Part shown: piece by piece, positions 25,337 to 38,664 of the stretch
How the letters are laid out: each line of letters starts with the position of its first letter
Position numbering within the stretch: the stretch's first letter is position 1
Source: Octopus sinensis
Taxonomy: Eukaryota
Direction of reading: 5' to 3'
NCBI RefSeq assembly: GCF_006345805.1
Contig: NC_043008.1
Span: forward strand, 434,001 to 498,000
DNA: 64,000 bases
Notes under the pieces: model-generated
Told to the model about the DNA's origin: nothing
Seen by the model: the letters and a program-made list of their open reading frames with translations, nothing else
Databases searched by the model: none
Position numbers and translations under genes: made by a program

Positions 25337-25948
25337 TTAAGCATCACCGCTTCCTATACTATCGCTTTCCGGGGTGGAGGAGCAGCTGTCGTGTAAATAA
25401 GAGTCGTTATCATCTTCTTCTTCCTCTTCTCCTAAATGGCGCTCGTCGTTCTCATCTGGACTTTCCTGAATAGGGTCCAAGTTAGACATAGCCGATATCG
25501 TCCTTTGTCGCTTACAACGTTGGGGCAAAGATTTTGGTTTCCGTTTCGACTTCGCCTTAGTTTTCGTTTTCGAGCTGAGAAAACGCATGATGGATGTAAG
25601 AATTCCTTTGGCACCATTAATGGACGAATCTGTCCTGTCGCTGCCGGATTTGTCCGACTTTCGGTTGCATCCCGGAATCTGCTTAGCATCCATGTTTGGC
25701 ATTGATGTCGACATAGGTCCACATCGACGTCCGTACATCTTGGAATCGCAGAGAACTGGTAGTGACTTGGAACCGTCAGCCTTGACGATGTAACTGTAAG
25801 TAAATCCATGACGGTCCTTCAGGGTCACTTGATACGCCTTGCCTGGTTGCAATTTGAACTCCTCGTTTAATTTCCCGTTCTTGTTGTTTCTACCTTTGTT
25901 CTGGTTAGAAACAAACGGCATATAGCCACGTGTAGCGTTAGGAAACAT
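25337..25948 (-). CDS. Single-exon 203-aa protein of unknown function (basic middle, acidic C-terminus, largely disordered)
   Basis: 612-nt uninterrupted ORF in unique non-repetitive sequence; ACAATG start context; normal amino-acid usage; GC clearly above flanks; no transposon motifs recognised. Confidence 0.75.
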   Translation of the reverse strand: MFPNATRGYMPFVSNQNKGRNNKNGKLNEEFKLQPGKAYQVTLKDRHGFTYSYIVKADGSKSLPVLCDSKMYGRRCGPMSTSMPNMDAKQIPGCNRKSDKSGSDRTDSSINGAKGILTSIMRFLSSKTKTKAKSKRKPKSLPQRCKRQRTISAMSNLDPIQESPDENDERHLGEEEEEDDNDSYLHDSCSSTPESDSIGSGDA

Positions 25949-27572
25949 TGTTGAATTTCCTTGTTAAATTAAATAAAATATATATCTGTCTGTATATATA
26001 TTATATAGAGTAGAATATATATATATATACCTGTATGTGTATATATATATATATGTTTTGTAGTAAGTCTTGATTAGCTGTAATTATCTCGTGGATAATG
26101 CTTCTTTGACACACTAGCAGTTGTAATGGTAGTCACTCACTGATACAATTATTTGATTTTAATTAATCAAATAAATATATTTTGTTTTTTATGACTGTAG
26201 TTGATTGTTGATGATAATGAAGAAGTTTTGGAAATTATAAAAGATTATATCCAAAGTAGTGGAATAGAATGTTTAAAAGCCAAGTCTGGAGCAGAACTGA
26301 AATAGTTGTTTCTCGAAGGCCTGGCAGTAAGTCTAATGTTCAACGATCGCACCTACAGAACATAAATTGAATCGGACCAATAAGGCTGCGTTGGCACAGA
26401 TTCAATTGACGTCTGTCTGACAACAATTTAGAACATTCCAGATAGGGGTGGAAGGTTGTAACTACTAACAAGCTCTAGCGGATAAATTTCTTGTCTAATA
26501 AAGTCACAAAATCGCAGGAAACTTATTGAACACTTTCCAATAATGTTGGAAAATATTTTTATAAGATTTAAAACTGACTTTTCTGTTGATAAATTAAAAG
26601 AATGGCTGGTATTTTTCCATGAAACACTAAGTTGCTTTCACCATAATAGAAGTGGACTCGCCTAGATAATAAATATTCATGAGCTCCAAGGCTTCGCGCG
26701 AATATTTCCCTCCCATACAATCGCAGGTCACATGACTGTGTATATTAATGGAATAAGCACAATAGACTGGTCTATTTTTCTGTAGGGTTGCATAGCTGCA
26801 TTGGAATTGATGTTCTTCGATCTGGTGAGAAAACCTTTAATATTATCGGAAAACAAACGATTAAATTAATATTATCTCAATTCAATAAATACTAAAGGTA
26901 TATTTTTAGGGGCGAACTATCAAATAAAAATACCCTCCTTAACTAGCCATGGACCCTTGAAATGCAGCCCGCCATGTCTTTACTTCAATGGAAAAATGTT
27001 GTAGTAGAATGGACCAATGAAAATGCTTTTTTTACAGATGCGTACTACGCTTAACGTGAACGCTATTGTTAACAAAATTTAGGGTGAACTATTGAAGTAA
27101 CCCCCTCCCCTACGCCAAATATTATCAATAAAGTATAATCTACAAATACTCTATTCTACCTGCATGTGATGTGTGTATATACGCATATACATTCATATAT
27201 ACATACTCACATATATGTAGACACACACACACACATACATATATACATTCATACATACATACATACATAAACACGTACGTACATATATATACATACACGC
27301 ATACCATACGCACATATGGATGTAACACATATACGCACATATATATACATATCTATACATGCGTACACACATACATATACATCGAGACACGCACACATGT
27401 ATGTATATGTATGTTTATAAAATAGCTATTATTAATTTAAATGTACGTTATATACAGCATACTAATGCGTGTATAAACGCTGTTGTATAAGTGCTTATAT
27501 TTCTTAACTTTCTGTCATATAATATATATACACACGCGCATGTTTGTATATACATACGCAATATATGAATAT

Positions 27573-27615
<43 letters not shown>

Positions 27616-27660
27616 TCATATTGTTTATGCATGATATATATATATATATGTGTATGTATG

Positions 27661-27710
<50 letters not shown>

Positions 27711-27724
27711 CGTGTGTGTGTGTG

Positions 27725-27758
<34 letters not shown>

Positions 27759-27942
27759 TGTATGTATGTATGTATATATGTATGTATATAACAGATGGAG
27801 GTGGAAAGAGCACAGAAGTAAGCCCAAGACATTTCAATTTAAGAAGGAATTTAATAAAATTGATTTTTAAAATAGTTGCTGCAGATTTAAAACATTACAT
27901 ACATACATACATATATATATATACTCATATACATATATATAT

Positions 27943-27974
<32 letters not shown>

Positions 27975-28000
27975 CTCATATACATATATATACACACACG

Positions 28001-28038
<38 letters not shown>

Positions 28039-28287
28039 CGTATAGGGAGAAAGGGAGATATATACACACATGCGTGTGCATGTACGTATAAATGTTTTAA
28101 GTGTAAAAAATATATATCTGTATATACATGCGTGTGTATGCTGACTGAACATTTTTGTGTAAAAACACACAAGCACTGTCTATCTTCCTATCTATCTATC
28201 TATCTATTTACATATTTATTTATTTATATTTACATACATATATACATATATATCAATATATATATACATATATGTATGTGTATATAC

Positions 28288-28325
<38 letters not shown>

Positions 28326-28503
28326 GGATAGAGAGGGGAACAGAGCGTGTGTGTGTATATGATATATATATATATATAAATTACATACACATACATATAT
28401 ATTACATACACACATATATATATATACATACTTATACACACATGTATGCACACATGTGGCAGAGAGTTAACACGTCGCAAAAGAAATACTTAACTATCGA
28501 CAA

Positions 28504-28544
<41 letters not shown>

Positions 28545-28980
28545 AAGAGAGAAACAGACAGATGGACAGTCAGACAGACTAACAGACAGACAGACAGACA
28601 GGCTGACTGCCTGCCTGACAGACAGACAAATTGCCAGAGAGGGGTAGGGTAAACATTTACGTCCACAATAATACACAAAGTCACATGTGTTGGATTGCGT
28701 GGGCGAAATTTAACAAAATAAATCGCAATATTTACTAACAAACCAAGTTAATAATAAGATAATCTCCCAAAATGTGTGACTTGTTGTTGTTGTTGTTGTT
28801 GATGATGTGGTTGTTGCTGTTGTTGATGATGTGGTTGTGATCGTTGGTGTGTTTCTTGTATAGGAAGGGAGGGGGACCATTTGAAAAGAAATTTTTCTTT
28901 GCTCGTTTGAAAACTTCACAAAATCGAAAACCGTTACGCCGTGAGTTTGCGCGTGTGGTTGTAGGTGAATATTGTATACA

Positions 28981-29011
<31 letters not shown>

Positions 29012-29082
29012 GTATAATGCGTGTGTGTTTCTGCGTATGTGTATATATATATATGTGTGTGTGTTTATATATATATACATTC

Positions 29083-29122
<40 letters not shown>

Positions 29123-29133
29123 CGTGTGTGTAT

Positions 29134-29189
<56 letters not shown>

Positions 29190-30039
29190 TAGTATTATCT
29201 CTATATTATATATATACGTTATATTATAATATACATTATATTATACTATATTATATCATATATTATACATATATACTTATATATATATATACGTTTGTAT
29301 GTATATGTAGATATATATTTATATATATGTGTATATATACATATGTTTATATATACGTGTGTCTGTGTTTTGTTTACAATATATGTAGTTTATATAAATC
29401 TATATATAAATGTGTAAATATATCTTTATACGTATATATAAATATTTTTGGTTTCAGAATTACAACTATTTAGCGGTTTGAGTTTGGCTGCTCTTTTTAG
29501 TGAGTCGAATGGCCTATCAGGGCCATTCCTTAATATTGTTGAAATTATATATAAATATATATATAAAATATATATGCTTATATATCTGAGTGCTTGTGTA
29601 TGTGTGTGTACGTGCGCATGTGTGTGTGTGTGTGTGCGTGTGTTTGTGTGTGTTTGCATGCATGTATGTATGTGATGTCGTGTCATCGTGTCCAGAAAGT
29701 GGTTCGGAGAAGATCACTGGGTTTACGGTTTCAAGTTCTCCTTTACTGGCAGGCCCCTGCACGCCACCGACTCCGACCAAGAGAGGAAGACAGAGAGAGA
29801 GAGAAAGAAAGTGAGCGAAATTGAGAGAGAGAGGGGGGAATAAGAGGGAGGCTGGTAATCGATTCCAATATTTGATCGATACTTTATTCATCGATCCCAT
29901 AAAATAATGACAAGTTTGTATGCTGTTAAGACAAGTCTTCTAAGGCGTTTCGAACTCGCACCTGTACTTTGTCACACACAAACATAAACACACGCTCTCC
30001 CTCCCTCTCTTTCTTGCACAAACACAGAGACACACACAC

Positions 30040-30085
<46 letters not shown>

Positions 30086-30088
30086 CTC

Positions 30089-30119
<31 letters not shown>

Positions 30120-30299
30120 CTATCTCACTCACACACACAAATGTGCGCACGTAATTTTCGCTGTTTGGACATGGGTGGGTTTGTCTGTTCTTGGTCATTT
30201 TGAACATCCCAAATTTTATCTGACACCCTAATTATTTTAGTGGGATGGGGGCAGAATCATTAGAGCGTTTTAAAAAAATGTCAGCGCCTCAATTCAAAG

Positions 30300-30455
30300 G
30301 CGTTGATGTGTGAAAAGAAGTTTGCTTCCCAACCACTGGGTTCCGGGTTCAGTCTCACAGCGCGACATCTAGAGTAGGTGTCTTCTACTATAAGCATCGA
30401 GTTGACCAAAGCCTTGTGGATGGATTTGGTAGACGGAAACTGAAAGAAGCCTGTC
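30300..30455 (+). mobile_element. Family B SINE fragment (head/core)
   Basis: GTTCCGGGTTCAGTC...GTCTTCTACTATA...GGATTTGGTAGACGGAAACTGAAAGAAGCC. Confidence 0.85.
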
Positions 30456-30539
30456 ATGTATATGTATGTATGTATGAATGTATGTATGTATATATATTTT
30501 TATATTATATATATATATATATTATATATATATATAGAT

Positions 30540-31130
<591 letters not shown>

Positions 31131-31157
31131 AAAGTTATATATATATATATGTGTTTG

Positions 31158-31212
<55 letters not shown>

Positions 31213-31224
31213 GTGTGTGTATGT

Positions 31225-31440
31225 GTGTGAGTTTATTTCTGACTGTGTTTGCTTCCCATCACTGTTAGATGTGTTTATGTACCAGTAACCTGGCGGTTCG
31301 GCAAAAGGGCCCGATGGAATAAGTAGTAGCAGGCTTTAAAAGAAAGCAAATACCGGGATCGATTCATTCGACTAAGATTCTTCATGGTGGTGCCCCAGCA
31401 TGGCCGCAGTCTAATAACTGAAACAAGTATGAGAACTAAA
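31225..31440 (+). mobile_element. Family B SINE 3' half
   Basis: GGCGGTTCGGCAAAAG...CCAGCATGGCCGCAGTC..TGAAACAAGTA tail. Confidence 0.8.
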
Positions 31441-31624
31441 AGAAAGAAATAGCCACGTCGTCGTCGTCGTCGTTGTGATTATTATTGCTGTTGTTGTTGT
31501 TGATGTTGTTGTTGTTCTACCCTAGTTTAACCCTTGCAAAAGAAGTCCTATGATGCGCCCGCGACCGGTTGGACAACACACGGCTCCATCTTTAGAAGGA
31601 TACCCTGTCTCAGCGGAGAACCAT

Positions 31625-31760
31625 TATTCTGTTATTCTTTTATCTGTTTCAGTCATTTGACTGCGGCCATGCTGTAGCACCGCCTTTAGTCGAACAAATC
31701 GACCCCAGGGCTTAATCTTTGTAAGCATAGTGCTTATTTTATCGATCTCTTTTGTCAGGC
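31625..31760 (-). mobile_element. SINE 3' tail fragment
   Basis: TTTCAGTCATTTGACTGCGGCCATGCTG is the reverse complement of the shared tail. Confidence 0.8.
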
Positions 31761-31911
31761 GATGGTGGGAGGATGACAAACACACACACAAACACATATA
31801 TATAATGGTAAATCCCAAAAAAGCGAAGAACAAACACAAGAAAAAAAAAACAACGCGAGGACGTGGTACATGTAAAGTATTAGCAGACGCTCAGGGAAGG
31901 AAAGAAAGGCG

Positions 31912-31946
31912 GTTTTACGTTTCGAGCAAAGCTCTTCTTCAGAAAC
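31912..31946 (-). ncRNA. Minimal hammerhead ribozyme with intact core
   Basis: Minus strand GTTT-CTGAAGA-A-GAGC[ttt]GCTC-GAAAC-GTA-AAAC; stems I and II perfect; ACGT palindrome would form stem III in a dimer. Confidence 0.75.
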
Positions 31947-32019
31947 AGGAGACAGAGGAAAGTCCAATAGAAAAGGAAGACGGAGGGAAAAAATCGCTAA
32001 CGATTCACATGTGGTTACG

Positions 32020-32069
<50 letters not shown>

Positions 32070-32074
<5 letters not shown>

Positions 32075-32235
32075 CGAAATGGTCGTGACTTCTGGAACTT
32101 GACTGAGGAAAAAAGTCTCGAATGACCCTTCCTTTTTTTTTTTTGGCCTCTCCTTCTAATTGTCGTTTCTCTTGTCCGCCTTTTTATCATCTATCTGTCC
32201 GAATGTTTTAATGTCCTCTATTGCGTTTTTGTTCC
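32070..32235 (+). mobile_element. Penelope-like terminal-repeat fragment
   Basis: Same family as 35005-35170 in the opposite orientation. Confidence 0.6.
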
Positions 32236-32252
32236 ATTTATATATATACGTC

Positions 32253-32285
<33 letters not shown>

Positions 32286-32394
32286 CGTCAGGCTTCTTTC
32301 AGTTTCCGTCTACCAAATTCATTCACAAGGATTATGTACATCATTTACATTATTTACATTTGACGGATATTTGTCCTCATCTTGTTTATTGTTA

Positions 32395-32438
32395 ACACAA
32401 CGTTTCGGCTGATATACCTTCCAGCTTTCATCAGGTGC
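32395..32438 (-). ncRNA. Minimal hammerhead fold (G10.1 to A variant)
   Basis: GCAC-CTGATGA-A-AGCTG[..]CAGCC-GAAAC-GTT-GTGT. Confidence 0.6.
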
Positions 32439-32464
32439 AGGCTACTAACCCCAAGATTCCGAGT

Positions 32465-32522
<58 letters not shown>

Positions 32523-32570
32523 TCGAAAAATGCCTTAGGAATGAGAACCCAGGTTCGAAATTTCCCCAAG

Positions 32571-32614
32571 ACACCTGATGAAGGCTGGAGGGTATATCAA
32601 CCGAAACGTTGTGT
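32571..32614 (+). ncRNA. Minimal hammerhead ribozyme with intact core
   Basis: ACAC-CTGATGA-A-GGCTG[gagggtatat]CAACC-GAAAC-GTT-GTGT; AACGTT palindrome at stem III; predicted cut after GUU (32610). Confidence 0.7.
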
Positions 32615-33005
32615 TAACAACAAACAAGATGAGGACAAATATCCGTCATATGTAAATAATGTAAATAATGTACATAATCCCTCATCTCTTAAATATAGAA
32701 CTGGATTATACCCTATTTAAGCTGTGCTCTGGTGTCAATAAACAAATACTATAGGCCCGCGAGGCTTTATAATGTTGCTAAGACAACTTTGGGTGCAGTT
32801 TCATTTTCTAGTTATTGTACTTTCACCACAGTCCAGTTTTTACCTGTGCAACTGTAGATATGTAGATACTGCCCACTCCAGCATGCAGTGGTTTAACTGT
32901 AGAATGTAAAACCGGAAAAGCATTTTGTCCGGCTTGTACACAACAATAACAATAATGATGATGATGATAATCATAATGATAATAATAATAATAATAATAA
33001 TAATA

Positions 33006-33040
<35 letters not shown>

Positions 33041-33044
33041 CTTT

Positions 33045-33180
33045 CTACTAAGGGGGAGACGTTACAAATTTTATTGACAACGGGAAGATGAAAGGCAAAG
33101 TTGTGACCTCAGCGGAATTTGAACTCAGAACGGTGAGACGGCGTGTTAACGATTCTGCCAGATTGACGCCTTAACAACAA
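33045..33180 (-). mobile_element. Family A SINE, decayed
   Basis: GGAAGATGAAAGGCAAAG...GAACTCAGAAC core. Confidence 0.7.
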
Positions 33181-33751
33181 ATAACGATAATAACGCACGG
33201 TTTTGTTGAGACTTATCGAATTATTCGGACACCAGTTTATAACAGGGGTTTATTCATCGATCTTTACACGGTCAAAAAAAGCAAAAGGTATGTGTGTGAA
33301 TGTGTGTGTGTATCCAATCTTTATACACACAGACAGATGTGTTTGTGTGTGTGTGTGTGCGTGTGTATCTGTGTGTGTGCGTGTGTGTGTGTCCAGTCGT
33401 CAAGTATGAAATTCTATGTACCATGAATTATCTTAATTCCGAACATGTGCTTTACATTTGGGTAGCGTCTGTAAACACTGTCCACCTCTCTACCATTCTC
33501 TGTCTCTTGCTCTCTCTCTCTCTCTCTTCCTCCTCTGTCTCTCTCTTCTTTCTCTGTCTCTCTCTCTCTGTATTACACTCTCTTATTCTCTCTCTCTTTC
33601 TCTCTCTCTACCTCATAAAAATGCGTGCGTGTGGGTGGCTACTGTGGGTACTCACAATACAGAGACGCATTTACAAACGTAGACAAGTGTGTGTGTGTAT
33701 GTATATATGTTTATATATACACGTATTCATCAAACTATAAGCACACACATG

Positions 33752-33791
<40 letters not shown>

Positions 33792-33966
33792 AACACACAC
33801 ATACACACTCACACATATATACACACAAACACACACATATATATATACACGAACATACACACACAAATATATATATATACACACACATATATATATACAC
33901 GCACACACATATATATATATATACACAACACACACACACATATATATATATACGCACGCACACACA

Positions 33967-34028
<62 letters not shown>

Positions 34029-34262
34029 TCCGTTGGTGTCTCTCTCTTCCATGTCTGCCAGCAAATGCGTGTGTGCAGTTTTCATCAAACCTCGTGACTC
34101 TCTAACCACTCCTGCTACCACCACTGTCTGTACTACTCTCACTGCCGCCCTTTCTAACTGAATGCAAGCGTAGTAGCTGATTTACACGTTCGCGCTGAAC
34201 AAGTCGCACACACAGACACAGAACCGAGACGGACTTACAGGCACACAGACACACTGACACAC

Positions 34263-34293
<31 letters not shown>

Positions 34294-34814
34294 TTCCCGC
34301 TCTCTCCTTCTCACACACACACACACATAAAGCACACACGCATTCACAATACGCATGTGTACCAAAACCGCGCGCAAAACATTCACAGAATTGTAGAGTT
34401 TTGTTTATATTTTTCATTCGGTTCCTTTTTTTTTCTTCAAAGAAAACACGAAATAAGGAAAGATCTAAGCCCTTCCACTACCCCTTTCCTCCTTCACATA
34501 CACACAAACACACACACACTCATATACATACATACATGCACACACATAGACACACACACACAACAGCTAACGCGGGAGTTCTTATGTGCTTGCCCGACCA
34601 GCACGCTAGAAATAACAGCAAAAATACTCTTTCGGTCGCTGAAAGAAATTTCACAATGACGAACAAGGTTGTATGAAGGGCCCAGAATCGAGGGAGGTGC
34701 CTGTTAAAATTCAACGGGCTGCACGTTTTTCTTTTCCGGGTGGTGGGGCAACTGGCCCGTAAGATGTGAATATTTTACGGGTCACTCTTTGGCGCACTGG
34801 CCGCTCCACTAATA

Positions 34815-34970
34815 AATGTGGTTATGAGGAAAGAAGCTTTCTTCCCGACCACATGGTTCTGGGTTCAGTCCCACTGCATCGCATCTTGAACAAGTATCTT
34901 CTACTATAAACTGGGGCCGATCAAAGCCTTGTAAGTGCATTTCATCGATGGAAACTAAAAGAAGCCCATC

Positions 34971-34972
<2 letters not shown>
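34815..34972 (+). mobile_element. Family B SINE head/core
   Basis: CACATGGTTCTGGGTTCAGTCCCACTGC...GGAAACTAAAAGAAGCCC. Confidence 0.85.
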
Positions 34973-35004
<32 letters not shown>

Positions 35005-35012
<8 letters not shown>

Positions 35013-35310
35013 GGATCAAAAACGCAATACAGTGCAACAAAACATTCGGACAGATAGATGATACAAGGTGGACAACAGAAAGAACAATTATGACAGGCAA
35101 AAAAGAAGGGTCATTTGTGGTCTTCTTTCCTCAGTCAAGTCCCAAAAGTCATGACCGTTTCGGGCAATTACACTTGAGACAGTTCGATCTGCTTGTCCCG
35201 CCAAAAAGTCTAAGCTAAGAGCATCAGACCCCTTTGTAAGACAGCTAGCGAATATGTATGACAACAAAGACAAAAAACGGAGAATATGGTACAGTAAAAG
35301 ACGAGAAAGG
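35005..35310 (-). mobile_element. Penelope-like terminal-repeat fragment
   Basis: Reverse complement matches 32070-32235 and resembles 13540-13790. Confidence 0.6.
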
Positions 35311-35315
35311 GAGAA

Positions 35316-35443
<128 letters not shown>

Positions 35444-35576
35444 TTACTTCTAATATAAGGATAAAACTTTTCAAAAAAATTCATCAGTGACCAGCATTTT
35501 TAAATAATTTTTAATGTGAAAAGATGAAAATTATAAACAATCACAAATAAGGGCAAAAGAAAAAAATTCTATGCCA

Positions 35577-35692
35577 ATATGCTGAAAAATAGATCTTATC
35601 GTCTAACCAGAAACAATATTTTTCGCTATGTGTCTTTATAGGGAAAAATATTGTATGTGGTTAGACGATCTAAGGTCCATTTTTCAGCATAT
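35577..35692. repeat. Small fold-back palindrome (~45-bp arms)
   Basis: ATATGCTGAAAAATAGATCTTATCGTCTAACCA...ACAATATTTTTC versus GAAAAATATTGT..TGGTTAGACGATCTAAGGTCCATTTTTCAGCATAT. Confidence 0.85.
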
Positions 35693-35752
35693 ATATATAT
35701 ATATATAAACAATTGCAGCGTGGAAGGTGTTTGCTATGCAAGTACATCTCCG

Positions 35753-35787
<35 letters not shown>

Positions 35788-36079
35788 AAAATGCAGATAT
35801 CGAAGTTAGTAAGAATTCATTATCAGCAAAAAGTCGATCATTATCCCTTACAGCTGTTTCAAATAAGCTCAGTGGAATTAAGTTAGTGTTAAAATCCCAT
35901 TTCTGAGCTTAATTTTTTCAGAGGGAGACGGAATATCTCTTAGAGAGTTTATGTGTTAGTTCTTTGAATCATCGCAGCAGACACAACCTCCCCCAAAATA
36001 TTCAGTATTGAACTAGTATTTCCTTGGATAGTACCATCCTTTCATGAAGCTGTTATAACTTTTATTTCAATGGTATAGA

Positions 36080-36375
36080 GGTTAGGGCATTCGGCTTACG
36101 GTCGTGAGTTCCATTCCCGGGGACGCGTTGTGTCCTTGAGCAAGCCATTTTATTTCACGTTGCTCCAGTCCACTCAGCTGGCAATAATGAGTGGTACCTG
36201 TAATTCAAAGAGAGCTAGCCTTGTCCCACTCTGTGTCACGCTGAATCTCCCCCAAGAGCTACGCTAAGGGTACACGTGTCTGTGGAGTGCTCAGCCACTT
36301 GCATGTTAATCTCATGAGCAGGCAGTTCCGTTGATCAGATCAGCTGGGACTCCCGCCGTCGTAACCGACAGAGTG
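36080..36375 (+). mobile_element. Family C SINE, long tail
   Basis: Matches 63626-63945. Confidence 0.9.
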
Positions 36376-36380
36376 CTCCT

Positions 36381-36413
<33 letters not shown>

Positions 36414-36419
<6 letters not shown>

Positions 36420-37082
36420 ATAAGATCGTTAATTTAAAATAAAATAACGAACTTATCAAGTGGTCAGCATGGATAAAATAACCTTCAAAGGTAATAATTA
36501 TTAAAATTATAAATTAGAGTATCTACGAGATACCACCATGCTGAAAATAGCAGCCATGAACCGACTCTAAAACCACCTTAAGTTTTCATATCGCAACATG
36601 GAGAAAAGACAAAGAGACAAGATGAAACTAGTAAAAAATTACTGGATAATTCCAGATCCCGGATTTCTGAATTTGCATTTAGGAATGCTTTGCCTCGTCA
36701 GTAGAATACACTCAGAAAGAAACATAAATACATATATATATAAATACAACATACGAATACTTACATATACGAACGCATACATATATATATGCACGTATGC
36801 ATCAAGGCTAGTTCAAAATGCCCGCTAATTCCATGTGCTACATGGTAAAATATCATTTTCAGCATGGTGGTATTTTGTAGATACCCTAATTTGTAATTTT
36901 AATAATTATTTCCTTTGAAGGTTATTTTTTCCCATGCTGACCACTTGATAAGTTCGTTATTTTATTTTAAATTAACGATCTTATCCTTATTTATATAAAT
37001 TTAAATTTATTTCGCCACTGTATTTACTGCGGTGATATTTTACCATATAGCACATGGAATTAGCGGGCATTTTGAACTAACC
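36414..37082. repeat. Interleaved inverted repeats A(36414-36547)/A'(36856-36990) and B(36808-36858)/B'(37035-37082)
   Basis: Reverse-complement matches visible by eye; decayed hammerhead-like motif at 36649-36707 (minus). Confidence 0.85.
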
Positions 37083-37210
37083 ACTAAGTCACGCTCTCTC
37101 TCTTTCTCTCTCTCTCCCTTCTTCTCTCTCTCTCTCCCATTCTTTCTTTCTTTCTTACATTCACACAGACACTCACATATTTGTACCCACACACATTTGG
37201 CTTCATATAC

Positions 37211-37241
<31 letters not shown>

Positions 37242-38169
37242 TGTGTGTAATTGTATACATATATTGAACAGGGCATTAAGAAATAGCATGAAAAAGCCAT
37301 GCCATTCTTCATTCCGTAATGATCCAAAACGACGATGTCTTGGATTCTTTCAGGAACACTTGTCTTTAAGTCTAAAAGCATTCCTCTGAAGAAATTGTTA
37401 TTATGACATTTTGATACACAACAACATCCATCACAACGACCACCGTCACCGCCAATACCGCCACGACCCAAACAGCACCTAGGTCCCCGTCGCTATCTCC
37501 ACCCTAACGTTGTATGAAAAGATGTCTCCTTAACGTGATAGCTATCATTGCCACTGCTTTTATTGATACCCGTGGCTATAAAAAAATAAGAAAATGAAGT
37601 AAAACGAGAGGTGAACATTTAATAACAGTAATAAAATTTATAATGGTAATTATTCTTTTATTACTCCAAGGGCAATGGATAAGGGATACCGCAAAAACAG
37701 TAGGCGTTTATGATGGAGGCGGGAAACCACATTTGTATAAATTAATGAACACATACACACATACACACACATTATTGTATTATGTTATATTTTATTATAA
37801 GATGGCGAGCTGGCATAAATGTTAGCACACTAAACAAGATTCTTAGCAGCATATCGTCCGCCTTTACGCTAGGGGTTCAAATGCCACCGGGATTAAATAG
37901 TTCCTGGTAAGCCCTGGGCTCAATGTAATCTGCTAACAGCTTCCACCAAAATTTTGAGTCTTGTACATATTCTTAAAAGAATTATATTAAAATTTTGTTG
38001 ACAGTGGTGTCAATCTTTTGCCAATAAACGGCTCGTTCAAATCGCATGATAAAGCAGAGCTAGCGAAACTACGAAGTCGTTTTCAACAAACTTGTAATAT
38101 AGCAGTTGACTCTACACGTATATAGAGTAATTTATTCATTCAATGGTCATTAGCATACATATATACACA

Positions 38170-38199
<30 letters not shown>

Positions 38200-38208
<9 letters not shown>

Positions 38209-38390
38209 TATGTGCGTGCGTGTGTGTGTGTGTGTACGTCTCCAAATGTATATATATATAACACTATATATATGTGTGTGTGTGTGTGTGAGTGTGTACG
38301 TCTCCATATATATATATGTGTGTGTGTGTGTGAGTGTACGTCTCCATATATATATATATGTGTATGTGTGTGTGTGTGTACGTCTCCTTC
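38200..38390. repeat. Compound minisatellite, four units of (GT)n-ACGTCTCC-(AT)n
   Basis: GTACGTCTCC recurs four times. Confidence 0.85.
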
Positions 38391-38527
38391 ATGTTGTTTT
38401 CGTATTTTATGTTTATTTCATGTTGTTTACGTTCCGTGGTGTCCTATGCCCATACGTGCATGTATATATAAATATATGCATGAACATATATACATGTGTA
38501 TGTATGCAAATATATTTATATATTATT

Positions 38528-38664
<137 letters not shown>

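Larger units (their letters stand above)
32329..32709. mobile_element. Second head-to-head doublet of the tRNA-headed hammerhead element
   Basis: Inverted copy 32329-32438 plus truncated forward copy 32437-32703; same 3' end as at 11803 (CTCATCTCTTAAATATAGAACTG); GGATTAT at 32329-32335 and 32703-32709. Confidence 0.85.

Noticed and set aside
24833-29684. 14-mer GACACGACATCACA in inverted orientation on both sides of the ORF (24833, 29671)
   Set aside because: Several exact 14-mer matches are expected by chance in 64 kb.
29650-29830. GC-richer segment with protein-like frames (SSCPESGSEK...)
   Set aside because: No convincing splice-site pair on either strand; may be UTR or regulatory sequence.
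32072-32120. GAAA..GGTC...CTGAGGA order suggesting a permuted (type II) hammerhead; also 35105-35165
   Set aside because: Stem I cannot be paired in either copy.
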